From Candidatus Undinarchaeales archaeon (lineage in GTDB: Archaea; SpSt-1190; JASMDC01): a DNA stretch of 64,000 nucleotides. The DNA is taken from contig JASMDC010000009.1 of NCBI GenBank assembly GCA_030753015.1, positions 37,758 to 101,757 on the forward strand, given 5' to 3'. Positions 38,920 to 48,797 of this stretch are shown one piece after another (the first letter of the stretch is position 1; every line of letters begins with the position of its first letter). The position numbers and the translations under genes were made by a program. The notes below the pieces were generated by a model, which saw nothing but the letters and a program-made list of their open reading frames with translations, searched no databases and was not told the DNA's origin.

Positions 38920-39699
38920 CTAGTACTCGTCGATCAGGTCCTTCCACATTTCGCGGAGACGGTCGATCGCGGTCATGTCGTGCACGAACTCGCGGCCAAC
39001 AAGCTCGGCGCCGAGCTTGCGGTAGGTGCGAGCGGCGCCGGAGTTGGGCCGCGCGAGCACGACGGGGCTGCAGTAGGCGATGCCCTTGCGCACGTTGTGG
39101 TCCTCGGGGACCTCGGCGATTATTGGAGCGTCGAGGAACGACTCGATCTGGTCGGTTGGGGGCTCGATACTCTCGTTACGGCGCTTGTTGAGGATGACGC
39201 CCGTGGTGTAGACGCCCAGTTCCTCGGCGAACTTGATGGTCTTCATGGCGTCAGCAATGGAGGGCCACTCGGGGTTCACGACCACGAGCAGCTCCTGGGC
39301 CGAGCCGATCCCGACCATGGCGTCCGAGCCGAGACCGGGAGCGCAGTCGAGGAGGATGAAGTCGTAGTGACCGTGGAGGTCCGCCATCGAGTTGAGGTAA
39401 GCGTCGATGTCCACCTGCCGGACGTCATCGAGGGTGAGCCCGGCGGGGATGTAATGGAATCCGCCATTGTCATGTGTGTGGATGGCGTCGTGCACCTTTG
39501 CCTGATGCCGGAGCACGTGGTGGAAGTGAATGGTGTTCGCTGGGGCGCCGAGGTGCAGCCCGAGGTTGGGCGCGGTGAAGTTGGCGTCGACGGCGATGAC
39601 GGCGTGGCCATGAGAGGCCAGGGATGCTGCGAGGTTCGTGACGGTCGTGGTCTTGCCCACGCCGCCCTTGCCGCTGGCTATTGCGATTCTACGAGACAT
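38920..39699 (-). CDS. minD: Archaeal MinD-family cell-division ATPase
   Basis: ASGKGGVGKTT deviant Walker A, DCAPGLG, VVNPE, PED..VR; AGGTGA RBS before ATG 39699. Confidence 0.88.
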   Translation of the reverse strand: MSRRIAIASGKGGVGKTTTVTNLAASLASHGHAVIAVDANFTAPNLGLHLGAPANTIHFHHVLRHQAKVHDAIHTHDNGGFHYIPAGLTLDDVRQVDIDAYLNSMADLHGHYDFILLDCAPGLGSDAMVGIGSAQELLVVVNPEWPSIADAMKTIKFAEELGVYTTGVILNKRRNESIEPPTDQIESFLDAPIIAEVPEDHNVRKGIAYCSPVVLARPNSGAARTYRKLGAELVGREFVHDMTAIDRLREMWKDLIDEY

Positions 39700-39897
39700 A
39701 CTACTCACCTGGGGGGGTAAAGGTGACTAGTGCTGAGATTGTTTATAATATTTTGTAGGATTTATTCGTATCCATCCTCTTAACATCATAGTTACTCTCG
39801 TCAGTAGGGCACGGTGTTTTTTATACTATGCCCGCCATGTATTCCTATTGGTTGGAACCGGATCCAGAAGTCCCGGATCCACAATCAGGGCGAGGCC

Positions 39898-40536
39898 CTA
39901 CTGCCGCCCGAACAGCGCCCAAGAGGCGCCAACGGACGCAAGGACGATGGCCAGCGCGCCGAGCGCGAGTTCCCCGGCGAAGGCGCCGAGTACGACGTCC
40001 CGGTTGTCCTTGACGCCCCGGCCCACCAGCTCGCGGAGCTTGGCGGGATTGCGCTCCAGGTATCCGTCCACGGATGCGTCGATCACGGCCGGTTCGGTAG
40101 CGAGGGTGATATTGAGCAGTCGGCGCACCACACTCGGATTGGATCGCATGTAGTCGGTGACGATGGCCTCCACCGTCCCCGGGTTCCTCTTCAGATAGTC
40201 CTCCACGATTGTCTCCACCCCCTTCGGCTCGCTCTTCTGGTAGGTCTCCACCGCCCCGGTGATGCTCTTTGGATGCTTGGAGATGTAGTCGTTTATGATG
40301 GCTTCCACGGCACGGGGCTGTTTGTAGAGATAGGTCTCGACCACTTTCGTGACCGTCTCGGGATTGTCCTCCACATGCATGTCCACCACCTGCTCAATGC
40401 AGGGTGCAATAAGGTCGGCACCCAGGCTGATGAGACCCAGGTCGATGTCGCACAGGTCGCGCACGCCGCGTTGCGCGGCGGACGCAGACGTCGCCAGGAG
40501 GAGCACTGCGAGAAGGATGATCGTTCGTCGTTCCAT
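39898..40536 (-). CDS. Exported protein with eight 15-aa helical repeats and C-terminal TM
   Basis: Signal peptide MERRTIILLAVLLLATSASA; repeats such as ETIVEDYLKRNPGTV and EAIVTDYMRSNPSVV. Confidence 0.75.
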   Translation of the reverse strand: MERRTIILLAVLLLATSASAAQRGVRDLCDIDLGLISLGADLIAPCIEQVVDMHVEDNPETVTKVVETYLYKQPRAVEAIINDYISKHPKSITGAVETYQKSEPKGVETIVEDYLKRNPGTVEAIVTDYMRSNPSVVRRLLNITLATEPAVIDASVDGYLERNPAKLRELVGRGVKDNRDVVLGAFAGELALGALAIVLASVGASWALFGRQ

Positions 40537-40577
40537 GGGCCGTGTTAAGTACCCAACACAGAAAAAGTTATGGCCGA

Positions 40578-41231
40578 CTATCGCTCCCAGCCGTGCTCTC
40601 CGATGAGTGGGACGAACCTGCACCCGCAGATGTGCCGCTTGCGCACCCCCCCCTTCTCCCGCTCGATGGCCACCAGCTCCTGGAACCACGAGCCGCCAAC
40701 AGGGATGACCAGCCGTGCACCCTCGCCCAGCTGCTCCACCAGTGGCTCGGGCACCGTGGGCGCGGCAGCGGTGACGATGATACCGTCGTACGGTGCCTCA
40801 CCGGGATGGCCCTTGGTCCCGTCGCCCTCGACGACCGTGACGTTATCGTACCCCAGCTCTGCAAGACGCTCCCCGGCGCTCCGGGCCAGGGCCGGGACGC
40901 GCTCGATGCTCACAATGTCGCCCTGGGGCCCTACGACCTCGCTGAGCACGGCCGCCTGATAGCCGGAGCCGCACCCGATCTCCAGCACGTGGTCGCCGGG
41001 TGAGAGATGCATGTTCTCCGTCATGAGGGCGACGATGTAGGGTTGGGAGATTGTCTGGCCATCGCCCACAGGGAGGGGGAAGTCGCCATGGGCCTGGGAC
41101 AGAAGGGATGACGGGACGAAACGGTGGCGGGGGACGGCGCGCATGGCGTCGAGCACGCGCGGATCGGAGACGTCGCGACGCGCTATCTGGTCAGCGACCA
41201 TCTGCCGCCGCTCCCGCGCGAACTCGTCCAT
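40578..41231 (-). CDS. pcm: Protein-L-isoaspartate O-methyltransferase
   Basis: VPRHRFVP, GQTISQPYIVA, VLEIGCGSGYQAA, APYDGIIVTAAA, RFVPLIG. Confidence 0.95.
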   Translation of the reverse strand: MDEFARERRQMVADQIARRDVSDPRVLDAMRAVPRHRFVPSSLLSQAHGDFPLPVGDGQTISQPYIVALMTENMHLSPGDHVLEIGCGSGYQAAVLSEVVGPQGDIVSIERVPALARSAGERLAELGYDNVTVVEGDGTKGHPGEAPYDGIIVTAAAPTVPEPLVEQLGEGARLVIPVGGSWFQELVAIEREKGGVRKRHICGCRFVPLIGEHGWER

Positions 41232-41771
41232 CTACCTCACCGTAGAACAGTAGATTGTCGTGATTTCGTCCGCTAGGGCCGTGCCACGACGTAAGGTGCG
41301 GCCGTCGGCACGGATACCGGTGATGCGGAGGTCGGCCTTTTCGAACTCGAGGAGCTGGCCGACAGTGAACTCGGTCTCGGGCCGCGCCTCCATCAGGATT
41401 GACTGCGTCTTGCCCTTCCCGGTGCGGATGGCCAGCCTCAGGCGCACATAGGACCGGTCAATGAGCCAAACGCACTCCACGTCCCGGGGCATGGCGCGGG
41501 GCACGCTCCTGACGCCCACCTCCACCTTGGTGATGCGGCAGATCACGTCGTCGAGGAGCATGTCGTCACCTACGGCGAGCTCGGCGTCACCGGGGACGGA
41601 GATGCGACGGCGTTCCGACTCCTCCTGGTGGGAGAGTACCGCGGTGATCTCCACGGCCTTGTCCTCGACCTCTATGAAGAAGGTGCCACACTCCGCGCAC
41701 TTGAAGTGCTTCTCCCGGCCTCGCTCCTTGATCAGGATGCCTTCGCCGCCGCACTCATCGCACTCGGACAC
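41232..41771 (-). CDS. Archaeal Zn-ribbon protein (HVO_0476-like), coupled to pcm
   Basis: CDECG...CAECG N-terminus and duplicated beta domains; this gene typically precedes pcm in archaea. Confidence 0.75.
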   Translation of the reverse strand: MSECDECGGEGILIKERGREKHFKCAECGTFFIEVEDKAVEITAVLSHQEESERRRISVPGDAELAVGDDMLLDDVICRITKVEVGVRSVPRAMPRDVECVWLIDRSYVRLRLAIRTGKGKTQSILMEARPETEFTVGQLLEFEKADLRITGIRADGRTLRRGTALADEITTIYCSTVR

Positions 41772-41819
41772 GGACGGGCCTCTCCCACCAAGACACATAA
41801 ACCTATGGATGCGGCGGGC

Positions 41820-43304
41820 TCAGCCGTCGCTCTCCATCATCCAGGACAGCACCGGCTTCCGCACGGCAGCGACCTCGTCGAGCCTGGAGGAGGACGTGAG
41901 CGTGGGCGCGGCGTGCACCTTGCCCGGGTCGTCCCGTGCATCGGCGAGCGTCTGGCGCAGTGCGTCGGCCCATCCTTCGAGCGCCTCCTTTGGCTCTGTC
42001 TCGGTGGGCTCGATCATCAGTGCGTTGTGGACGATGAGCGGGAAGTTGATCGTGGGCGCGTGCACCCCGCAGTCCAGCAGCCGCTTGGCGAGGTCGATCG
42101 CGTCGCACCCGAAATCGGCCTTGCTCGGATCGGCGGAGAACACGCACTCGTGCTTGCGCGGCGTCCCCGGAGCGTAAGGCAGGTCGATACCCTCGGTGCC
42201 CTTGAGGATGTGCAGGACGTAGTTGGCGTTGAGCACGGCCATCTCCGACGCGGTCGTGAGGCCGTCCCCGCCCATGGAGAGGATGTAGGCCCATGCCTTG
42301 GCGAGCACGCCTACGTTACCGTGGAACGAGTGCACCTTTCCGATGGACTTCGGGCGGTCGTTGTCGAGCACGTATCGGTCGCCCTCCTTCTCCACAACGG
42401 GCGTGGGCAGGTAGGGGACCAGTCGCTCGACGACGCCTACGGGGCCGGAGCCTGGACCGCCCCCGCCGTGAGGCGTGGCGAATGTCTTGTGGAGGTTGAA
42501 GTGCATAACGTCGAACCCCATATCGCCGGGCCGTGCCTTGCCCATGATGGCGTTGAGGTTGGCACCGTCGTAGTACAGCAGCCCTCCAGCATCATGGACG
42601 ATGGCCACGATCTCCTTGATCTGACGCTCGAACACGCCGATGGTATTGGGGTTGGTGAGCATGAGCCCCGCCGTGCGCTCGTTCACGGCGCTCCGCAGAG
42701 CGTCGAGGTCCACGCACCCATCATCCCCCGAGGGGATCTCGATGACCTTGAACCCCGCCATGGCGGCCGACGCGGGATTGGTGCCATGGGCCGAATCGGG
42801 TACGATCATCTCGTCTCGTTCCTCTCCACGGTCCTCGTGATAGACGCGGATGAGCAGCATGCCAAGGAACTCGCCGTGGGCGCCAGCAGCGGGCTGGAGC
42901 GACACGCGGGCCATCCCGGCCACCTCTGCAAGCCACGTCTCCAGCTGGTGCATCATGGCCAACGTCCCCTGGACCGTCCCCTCGGGCTGGAGGGGGTGGA
43001 GGTTCGCGAGTCTGGGGTCGCTGGCGACGTCCTCGTCGATGCGTGGGTTGTACTTCATGGTGCAGGAGCCCAGGGGGTACATCCCCGAGTCCACGCCGAA
43101 GCACATCTGGGAAAGTCGTGTGTAGTGGCGCACGACCTCGGGCTGGCTCACCTCGGGCAACCGTGGAGGTCGGGTTCGGCGTAGCCCCTCGGGCACCTCG
43201 AACGGTTCGTCGGCGCCATGGGGCACACGAATCCCGCGCCTGCCGGTACCGGAGCGCTCCCTGAGGCTCGGCTCGTCCCACACGGCCTGTCGGTGCCCGC
43301 TCAT
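41820..43304 (-). CDS. gcvPB: Glycine dehydrogenase (decarboxylating) subunit 2
   Basis: YPLGSCTMKYNP, QPAAGAHGE, SAHGTNPASA, NLHKTFATPHGGGGPG, IEPTETE. Confidence 0.96.
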   Translation of the reverse strand: MSGHRQAVWDEPSLRERSGTGRRGIRVPHGADEPFEVPEGLRRTRPPRLPEVSQPEVVRHYTRLSQMCFGVDSGMYPLGSCTMKYNPRIDEDVASDPRLANLHPLQPEGTVQGTLAMMHQLETWLAEVAGMARVSLQPAAGAHGEFLGMLLIRVYHEDRGEERDEMIVPDSAHGTNPASAAMAGFKVIEIPSGDDGCVDLDALRSAVNERTAGLMLTNPNTIGVFERQIKEIVAIVHDAGGLLYYDGANLNAIMGKARPGDMGFDVMHFNLHKTFATPHGGGGPGSGPVGVVERLVPYLPTPVVEKEGDRYVLDNDRPKSIGKVHSFHGNVGVLAKAWAYILSMGGDGLTTASEMAVLNANYVLHILKGTEGIDLPYAPGTPRKHECVFSADPSKADFGCDAIDLAKRLLDCGVHAPTINFPLIVHNALMIEPTETEPKEALEGWADALRQTLADARDDPGKVHAAPTLTSSSRLDEVAAVRKPVLSWMMESDG

Positions 43305-44665
43305 CGTCCGCCACCTCCCGAGATGGAGTCGACGAGCAGGTCGATGTCCTCGGTGGTGTGGCGCTCAGTGGCGCACAGGAGGGCGACGTTGTCGAGGCCG
43401 TCCAGGTGGGCCCCGAGGTCGAGCCCGCCCATGATGCCCGCGCTCAGGAGGCGGTGGTTGAGGTCCGTGACAGTGCCGTCCTCGACGCGCACGGTGAGCT
43501 CGTTGAAGTAGGGCGCGTCCAGATGGGGGACGCTGAGTCCGTCCACTTCACCCAGTCGTCGCGCCAGGTAGCGGGCGTTGCGCATGCACGCCTCCCCCGC
43601 CTCCCGCAGTCCCGCTGGGCCCAGGGATGCGAGGGTGATGCCCGCCGCCACGGCTACGAGCGCCTCGTTTGAGCAGATGTTGCTGGTCGCCTTGTCACGG
43701 CGGATGGCCTGCTCGCGCGCCTGGAGCGTGAGCACGTACCCGAGCTTTCCGTCTGACGTCTCTGCGCGGCCAACGAACCTGCCCGGCGCCTGTCTGATGG
43801 TCTTGCGGTCGAAACGGCAGGCGAAGATGCCCAGTCCCGGCCCGCCGAACGATGGAGGTCCTGCCAGGCTGGCACCCTCGCCCACGGCAACGTCCGCGCC
43901 GTAGGCGCCCGGTGCTTCGAGCACGCCCAGGGTCCACGGGTCCACCCCGGCCACGAACTTCGCTCCGGCGTCATGGGCGATCTCGCACAGTCCCTTGACT
44001 CCGGTCTCAAGCACGCCCAGGAAGTTGGGATTCTCGGCGTACACGCAGGCCGTCGTGTCATCGACTACCGCGGTCACTGCATCGGGATCAACACGCCCGT
44101 CCGGTCCCGCGGGGATGTCGACGATACGGCCGCCGGGTCCCCTGAGGAAGTTCTCCAGCACGGAACGGCGCCAGGGCGCGATAGCGCCCGCAAGCACGAT
44201 CGTGTCCCTGCGGGTGAGGCGTATGCACATCAGCGCCGCCTCTCCCATGGCGGTGGCCCAGTCGTACTGGGAGGCGTTGACGCACTCAAGCCCGGTGAGC
44301 TCGGCCATCATGCTCTGGTACTCGTAGAGCGCCTGGAGCATGCCCTGCGAGATCTCGGGCTGGTAGGACGTGTAGGCTGTGAGGAACTCGCCCCGTTGGA
44401 CCAGATGGGCCACGTGCGCGGGCACGTGGTGGTACTGCAACCCCGCGCCAAGGAAGGAGAGCAGCGGCCGGTTCCGGGCTAACACCCGGTCAGCCTCCCG
44501 CGCCACCTCGCTCTCGCTCCGGCCCGGCGGGATGTCCAGGGGCCGGTCCAACCGCACACCGACGGGGATGTCGGCGAAGAGCGCCTCCAAGGTGGTGCCC
44601 ATGGTCGCGAGCATATCGTCCGCTGCGTGGGCGTTCGGGATATAAGGGTGAGGGGCAGCGGCCAC
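43301..44665 (-). CDS. gcvPA: Glycine dehydrogenase (decarboxylating) subunit 1
   Basis: EFLTAYTSYQPEISQGMLQ, FGGPGLG, REQAIRRDKATSNICSN. Confidence 0.96.
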   Translation of the reverse strand: MAAAPHPYIPNAHAADDMLATMGTTLEALFADIPVGVRLDRPLDIPPGRSESEVAREADRVLARNRPLLSFLGAGLQYHHVPAHVAHLVQRGEFLTAYTSYQPEISQGMLQALYEYQSMMAELTGLECVNASQYDWATAMGEAALMCIRLTRRDTIVLAGAIAPWRRSVLENFLRGPGGRIVDIPAGPDGRVDPDAVTAVVDDTTACVYAENPNFLGVLETGVKGLCEIAHDAGAKFVAGVDPWTLGVLEAPGAYGADVAVGEGASLAGPPSFGGPGLGIFACRFDRKTIRQAPGRFVGRAETSDGKLGYVLTLQAREQAIRRDKATSNICSNEALVAVAAGITLASLGPAGLREAGEACMRNARYLARRLGEVDGLSVPHLDAPYFNELTVRVEDGTVTDLNHRLLSAGIMGGLDLGAHLDGLDNVALLCATERHTTEDIDLLVDSISGGGGR

Positions 44666-44677
44666 CTGTGGACCCTC

Positions 44678-45091
44678 CTAGTCCTTCTTGTTCTGTTCGA
44701 TGAACTTCACGTACGCGGTGGCGTTCATCAGACCGGCCTTCTCGGAGGGGTAATCGTCCGCACTGATAATGAACAGCCAGCCCTTGTCGTAGGGCGACTC
44801 GTTGACCACCTGGGGCTCGTCCTCCACAGCGTCGTTGGTCTTGACGATCTCGCCAGAGAGGGGGACGAACACGTCGGTCACTGCCTTCACGGACTCGAGC
44901 TGGAGGACGACATCGCCCTGTTTGAAGGTGCTACCCTCGTCGGGAACGTCGACGAACGCTATGTCGCCCAGCTCCGACTGGGCGAAGTCGGTGATGCCCA
45001 CCATGAACCCCTCGGGGACCTGCTTGAGCCAATCGTGCTCCTTGCTGTAGAGGAGGTCGTCGGGGACCTCGAACCTTCCCAATGCCTTCAT
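44678..45091 (-). CDS. gcvH: Glycine cleavage system H protein
   Basis: YSKEHDW, GITDFAQSELGD, ESVKA lipoyl-Lys, VNESPYDKGW. Confidence 0.96.
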   Translation of the reverse strand: MKALGRFEVPDDLLYSKEHDWLKQVPEGFMVGITDFAQSELGDIAFVDVPDEGSTFKQGDVVLQLESVKAVTDVFVPLSGEIVKTNDAVEDEPQVVNESPYDKGWLFIISADDYPSEKAGLMNATAYVKFIEQNKKD

Positions 45092-45303
45092 GCTCTCTGC
45101 CTCCTTAGTCCCGGACCCGGCGGACCCAGGGGAACAACGCCCACCACCGTGCCGGTTAATTTAAACCTTTGGCCGGTCGTGGCATGTGGTCACATTACCC
45201 GTGCCCCACCCGGTTTATTTTTAAACGCCGGACCAGTGGCGCCGCCCGGGATGGAGGGTGACCACTATTGACGGGCCCGTCCCGTTGTCAGGAGGGAATG
45301 ACC

Positions 45304-47394
45304 ATGTCAGACGAGCGCGGCGCGTATCGCATTGTAGGCCACCCCATCCTGCCCGCAGAGGAACGAGGTGAGGTGAGGTTCACCTGGCAGGGGCGCCCCT
45401 TGAAGGCCCTGGAGGGCGAGGTCCTCTCGTCAGCCCTCTTCGCCAATGGCGTGAGGACGTTCGGCCACCACCACAAGGACGGTGCCCCCCAGGGTATCTT
45501 CTGCGCCAACGGCCAGTGCTCTCAGTGCATGGTGATCGCAGACGGGCTCCCAGTGAAGTCCTGCATGGTCACGGTAAGTGAGGGGATAGCGGTCGAGCCT
45601 GCTGAGGGGCACCCGGCGCTCCCCGCGGTCGATGCGGTCCCGCCCATGGGCGACATCCCCGTCATAGAGCGTGAGGTGCTCATCATCGGCGGCGGTCCGG
45701 CCGGTCTGGCGGCGGCCATCGAGCTGGGGAAGGTAGGGATGAGCGTACTGCTGGTGGACGACAAGGACCGGCTGGGCGGGAAGCTCGTGCTCCAGACCCA
45801 TAAGTTCTTCGGGAGCATCGATGCCTGCTACGCGGGCATGCGTGGTATCGACATCGCCGCCAAGCTCAAGGAGAAGATGACCAAGCACGGGACCGCCGAG
45901 TGCTGGACCAGCACCACGGCCGTGGGCGTGTTCGCCGACGGGCTGGTGGGCGTGCTGAAAGGTGACGAGTACGTGCTCGTCCGTCCCGAGGTGCTCCTCG
46001 TGGCCACCGGCGCCCGGGAGCGGTCGCTGGTATTCAAGGGCAACACCCTCCCCGGCGTGTACGGTGCCGGCGCGTTCCAAACGCTCGTGAACCGCGACCT
46101 GGTGCGCGCTGCTGGTCGTGTGTTCATCGTCGGTGGTGGGAACGTGGGCCTCATCGCCGGCTACCACGCGCTCCAGGCGGGCATCGAGGTGGCGGGTCTG
46201 TGCGAGGCTTTGCCCGAGTGCGGGGGGTACAAGGTCCACCGGGACAAGCTCGAGCGTCTGGGGGTCCCCATCCATACCTCGCACACCGTGGTGAGCGCCA
46301 ATGGGACGGACTCCGTGGAGTCAGTGACCATCGCCCAGGTCGGTAAGGACTGGCAGCCCGTCCCCGGAACGGAGCGGACGTTCGCCTGCGACACCCTGCT
46401 GGTCGCTGTGGGCCTGGACCCGGTGGACGAGTTCATCACCAAGGCATGTGCGTGCGGGATCACCGTGTATGCAGCGGGCGATGCCGACGAGGTCGCCGAA
46501 GCCTCGGCCGCCATATTCTCGGGCCGCATCACCGGCATCGAGATAGCCCGGGCCCAGGGCGAGGACGTCGAGGAGGTGCCCGCCGACTGGATCGTCACCC
46601 GCGACGTGCTCAAGTCCAAGCCTGGTCAGGTGCACCCGCGGCAGGCGCTGGGGATGGAGAGGGGCGTATACCCCGTGTTCCACTGCCACCAGGAGATCCC
46701 CTGCAATCCTTGTACCTCCGTATGCCCCCAGGAGGCCATCCTGATCGGCGAAGACATTCGCGGCATTCCCCGGTACATCGGCGGGGAGCTGGGCAAGGAC
46801 TGCCTCGGCTGCGGCAAGTGCATTGCCATCTGTCCGGGACTGGCGGTCACCCTGGTCGACCACCGCAAGTACCCCGACACCCCCGTGGTGACGCTGGCGC
46901 ACGAGTTCCAAGCGGACTCCATAGAGGTGGGCGACACTGTGATCGCCGTGGGGGCAGACAACGAGGACCTCGGTGAGGCCGATGTCGTGGACGTGCGCGC
47001 AGGCCGGGTGTGGAACCGTACACTCCTGGTCCAGGTGAAGGTCGACAAGGCCATAGCTGCGGACATCGTGGGGGTCCGCATCCAGCATCCCGGCGTCACC
47101 CAGGCCATGGACAAGCCCGTGGTACGGATCGAGGACGACGTCATCGTGTGCCGGTGCGAGCGGATCACCGCTGGTGAGGTGCGGAGGCTCGTCCGTGACG
47201 GCGCCCGGGATATGAACGCGATAAAAGCGGTCAACCGGGCCGGGATGGGCGCCTGCGGCGGTAAGACCTGCTCGGCCCTCATCAAGCGCATCTTCCGCGA
47301 GGAGGGCGTAGACCTCGGGGACGTGGTCCCCGGCGTGGACCGGCCCCTGTTCGTTGAGGTGCCCCTGGGCGCCTTCTGCGGAGGTGAGAAGTGA
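45304..47394 (+). CDS. FAD/Fe-S oxidoreductase, sarcosine oxidase / dye-linked proline dehydrogenase alpha-like, with fused ferredoxin and BFD-like domains
   Basis: FCANGQCSQC (2Fe-2S), IIGGGPAG, LGGKLVLQTHKFFG, ATGARE, CHQEIPCNPC / CLGCGKCIAICP (4Fe-4S), VCRCE...GMGACGGKTC. Confidence 0.88.
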   Translation: MSDERGAYRIVGHPILPAEERGEVRFTWQGRPLKALEGEVLSSALFANGVRTFGHHHKDGAPQGIFCANGQCSQCMVIADGLPVKSCMVTVSEGIAVEPAEGHPALPAVDAVPPMGDIPVIEREVLIIGGGPAGLAAAIELGKVGMSVLLVDDKDRLGGKLVLQTHKFFGSIDACYAGMRGIDIAAKLKEKMTKHGTAECWTSTTAVGVFADGLVGVLKGDEYVLVRPEVLLVATGARERSLVFKGNTLPGVYGAGAFQTLVNRDLVRAAGRVFIVGGGNVGLIAGYHALQAGIEVAGLCEALPECGGYKVHRDKLERLGVPIHTSHTVVSANGTDSVESVTIAQVGKDWQPVPGTERTFACDTLLVAVGLDPVDEFITKACACGITVYAAGDADEVAEASAAIFSGRITGIEIARAQGEDVEEVPADWIVTRDVLKSKPGQVHPRQALGMERGVYPVFHCHQEIPCNPCTSVCPQEAILIGEDIRGIPRYIGGELGKDCLGCGKCIAICPGLAVTLVDHRKYPDTPVVTLAHEFQADSIEVGDTVIAVGADNEDLGEADVVDVRAGRVWNRTLLVQVKVDKAIAADIVGVRIQHPGVTQAMDKPVVRIEDDVIVCRCERITAGEVRRLVRDGARDMNAIKAVNRAGMGACGGKTCSALIKRIFREEGVDLGDVVPGVDRPLFVEVPLGAFCGGEK

Positions 47395-48548
47395 TGGCCG
47401 ACAGGTACGACGTCATCGTCATCGGCGCGGGGAGCATCGGCGCCCCCGCGGCCATGGAGCTGGCGGACGCCGGGCTCTCTACCCTGGTCATCGACCTAGC
47501 CGCCAGCGTGGGCCAGGGCGCCAACAAGGCCGCCATCGGCGGCGTACGCGCCACACACTCCGAGAAGGGCAAGATCGCAGTATGTCAACGCAGCCTGGAT
47601 ATCCTCTCCACCTGGAAGGAGAAGCACGGCCACAACATAGAGTGGCGGCAGGGCGGGTACTCATTCGTGGCGTACCGCGAGAAGGAGGAGATGTCGCTCA
47701 AGGAGCTTTTGAAGGTTCAGCGGGCCTTTGGATTGGACATCGACTGGAAGGACCGTGACGACCTGCTCGAGCGCATACCGTCGCTCAACAGGGAAGGCCT
47801 CATGGGTGGGACCTTCTCTCCCGGGGACGGGAGCATTTCCCCGCTGCTCGCGGTGCACGCGTTCTACGACCGGGCCCGGGAACTGGGGGCGATGTTCCAG
47901 TTCCGGGAAAAGGTCACGGGCATCGATGTCGAGGACGGCGCAGTGAGGGCCGTGACGACAGACAAGGGCACATACCAGACAGACTGCGTCGTGAACGCGG
48001 CCGGCGCCGCAGCAGCGGAGGTGGCGAAGCTCGCCGGTGTCGATGTGTCCGTCCGACCGGACTGCCACGAGGCGGGCATTACCGAGCCCGTGAGGCGGTT
48101 CATGGAGCCCATGGTAGTGGACATCCGGCCCGGACCGGGCTCGGCGAACTTCTATTTCTACCAGCACGGGACGGGGCAGGTGATCTTCTGCATCACGCCC
48201 AGACCCAGCATCTGGGGCGACGACAGGCGGGCGACGTCGGCGTTCCTGCCCATGGTCGCCAAGCGCATGGTGGACGTGATGCCGCTTCTGGCGAACCTGA
48301 AGGTGCGCCGTACCTGGCGCGGGCTCTATCCCATGACCCCGGACGGCCTGCCCATCGTGGGGTGCGCAGAAGACCTGGAGGGCTACGTGAACGCTGTGGG
48401 GATGTGCGGCCAGGGGCTCATGCTAGGGCCCGGACTGGCGACGTTCATGCCCGGGCTGGTGAAGGGCGACCTCTCTTGCGAGGACCGCGAGCTGCTCGCG
48501 GGCTGGCACCCCTGCCGGGACTTCTCCTGCGAGGAGAAGCTGAAGTAG
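47394..48548 (+). CDS. FAD-dependent oxidoreductase (DAO family), sarcosine oxidase / proline dehydrogenase beta-like
   Basis: YDVIVIGAGSIG, VVNAAG, RTWRGLYPMTPDG, GMCGQGLMLGP; GGAGGTGA RBS. Confidence 0.88.
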   Translation: MADRYDVIVIGAGSIGAPAAMELADAGLSTLVIDLAASVGQGANKAAIGGVRATHSEKGKIAVCQRSLDILSTWKEKHGHNIEWRQGGYSFVAYREKEEMSLKELLKVQRAFGLDIDWKDRDDLLERIPSLNREGLMGGTFSPGDGSISPLLAVHAFYDRARELGAMFQFREKVTGIDVEDGAVRAVTTDKGTYQTDCVVNAAGAAAAEVAKLAGVDVSVRPDCHEAGITEPVRRFMEPMVVDIRPGPGSANFYFYQHGTGQVIFCITPRPSIWGDDRRATSAFLPMVAKRMVDVMPLLANLKVRRTWRGLYPMTPDGLPIVGCAEDLEGYVNAVGMCGQGLMLGPGLATFMPGLVKGDLSCEDRELLAGWHPCRDFSCEEKLK

Positions 48549-48551
48549 GGA

Positions 48552-48695
48552 CTACTTGCCGCTTTTACCGCCCATCGCCCATGCCAGTACGATGAGCAGG
48601 ACCACGATGACGCCCAGGGTCCGCGGATCCAGGAACCAGTCGACAGGCTCCTTGGGCTCGCACACGTAGTTGAGCACGTCACACTTGTCGGTCAT
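48552..48695 (-). CDS. Small (47 aa) single-TM protein
   Basis: Manual translation MTDKCDVLNYVCEPKEPVDWFLDPRTLGVIVVLLIVLAWAMGGKSGK*; below the ORF-track cutoff. Confidence 0.6.
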   Translation of the reverse strand: MTDKCDVLNYVCEPKEPVDWFLDPRTLGVIVVLLIVLAWAMGGKSGK

Positions 48696-48797
48696 CGGAC
48701 AGTCAAGGGGCCCTGCAAAGCACTCTCTTGCAACAAGCGTTTCTCTCAGAAGGAACGGGCCCGAGGATGGAATAAATCGGTATCTATGAGGGGGTGG

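Noticed and set aside
38920-39699. MinD as ParA partner for the ParB-like proteins
   Set aside because: 28 kb away and looks like the standard archaeal MinD; no link visible
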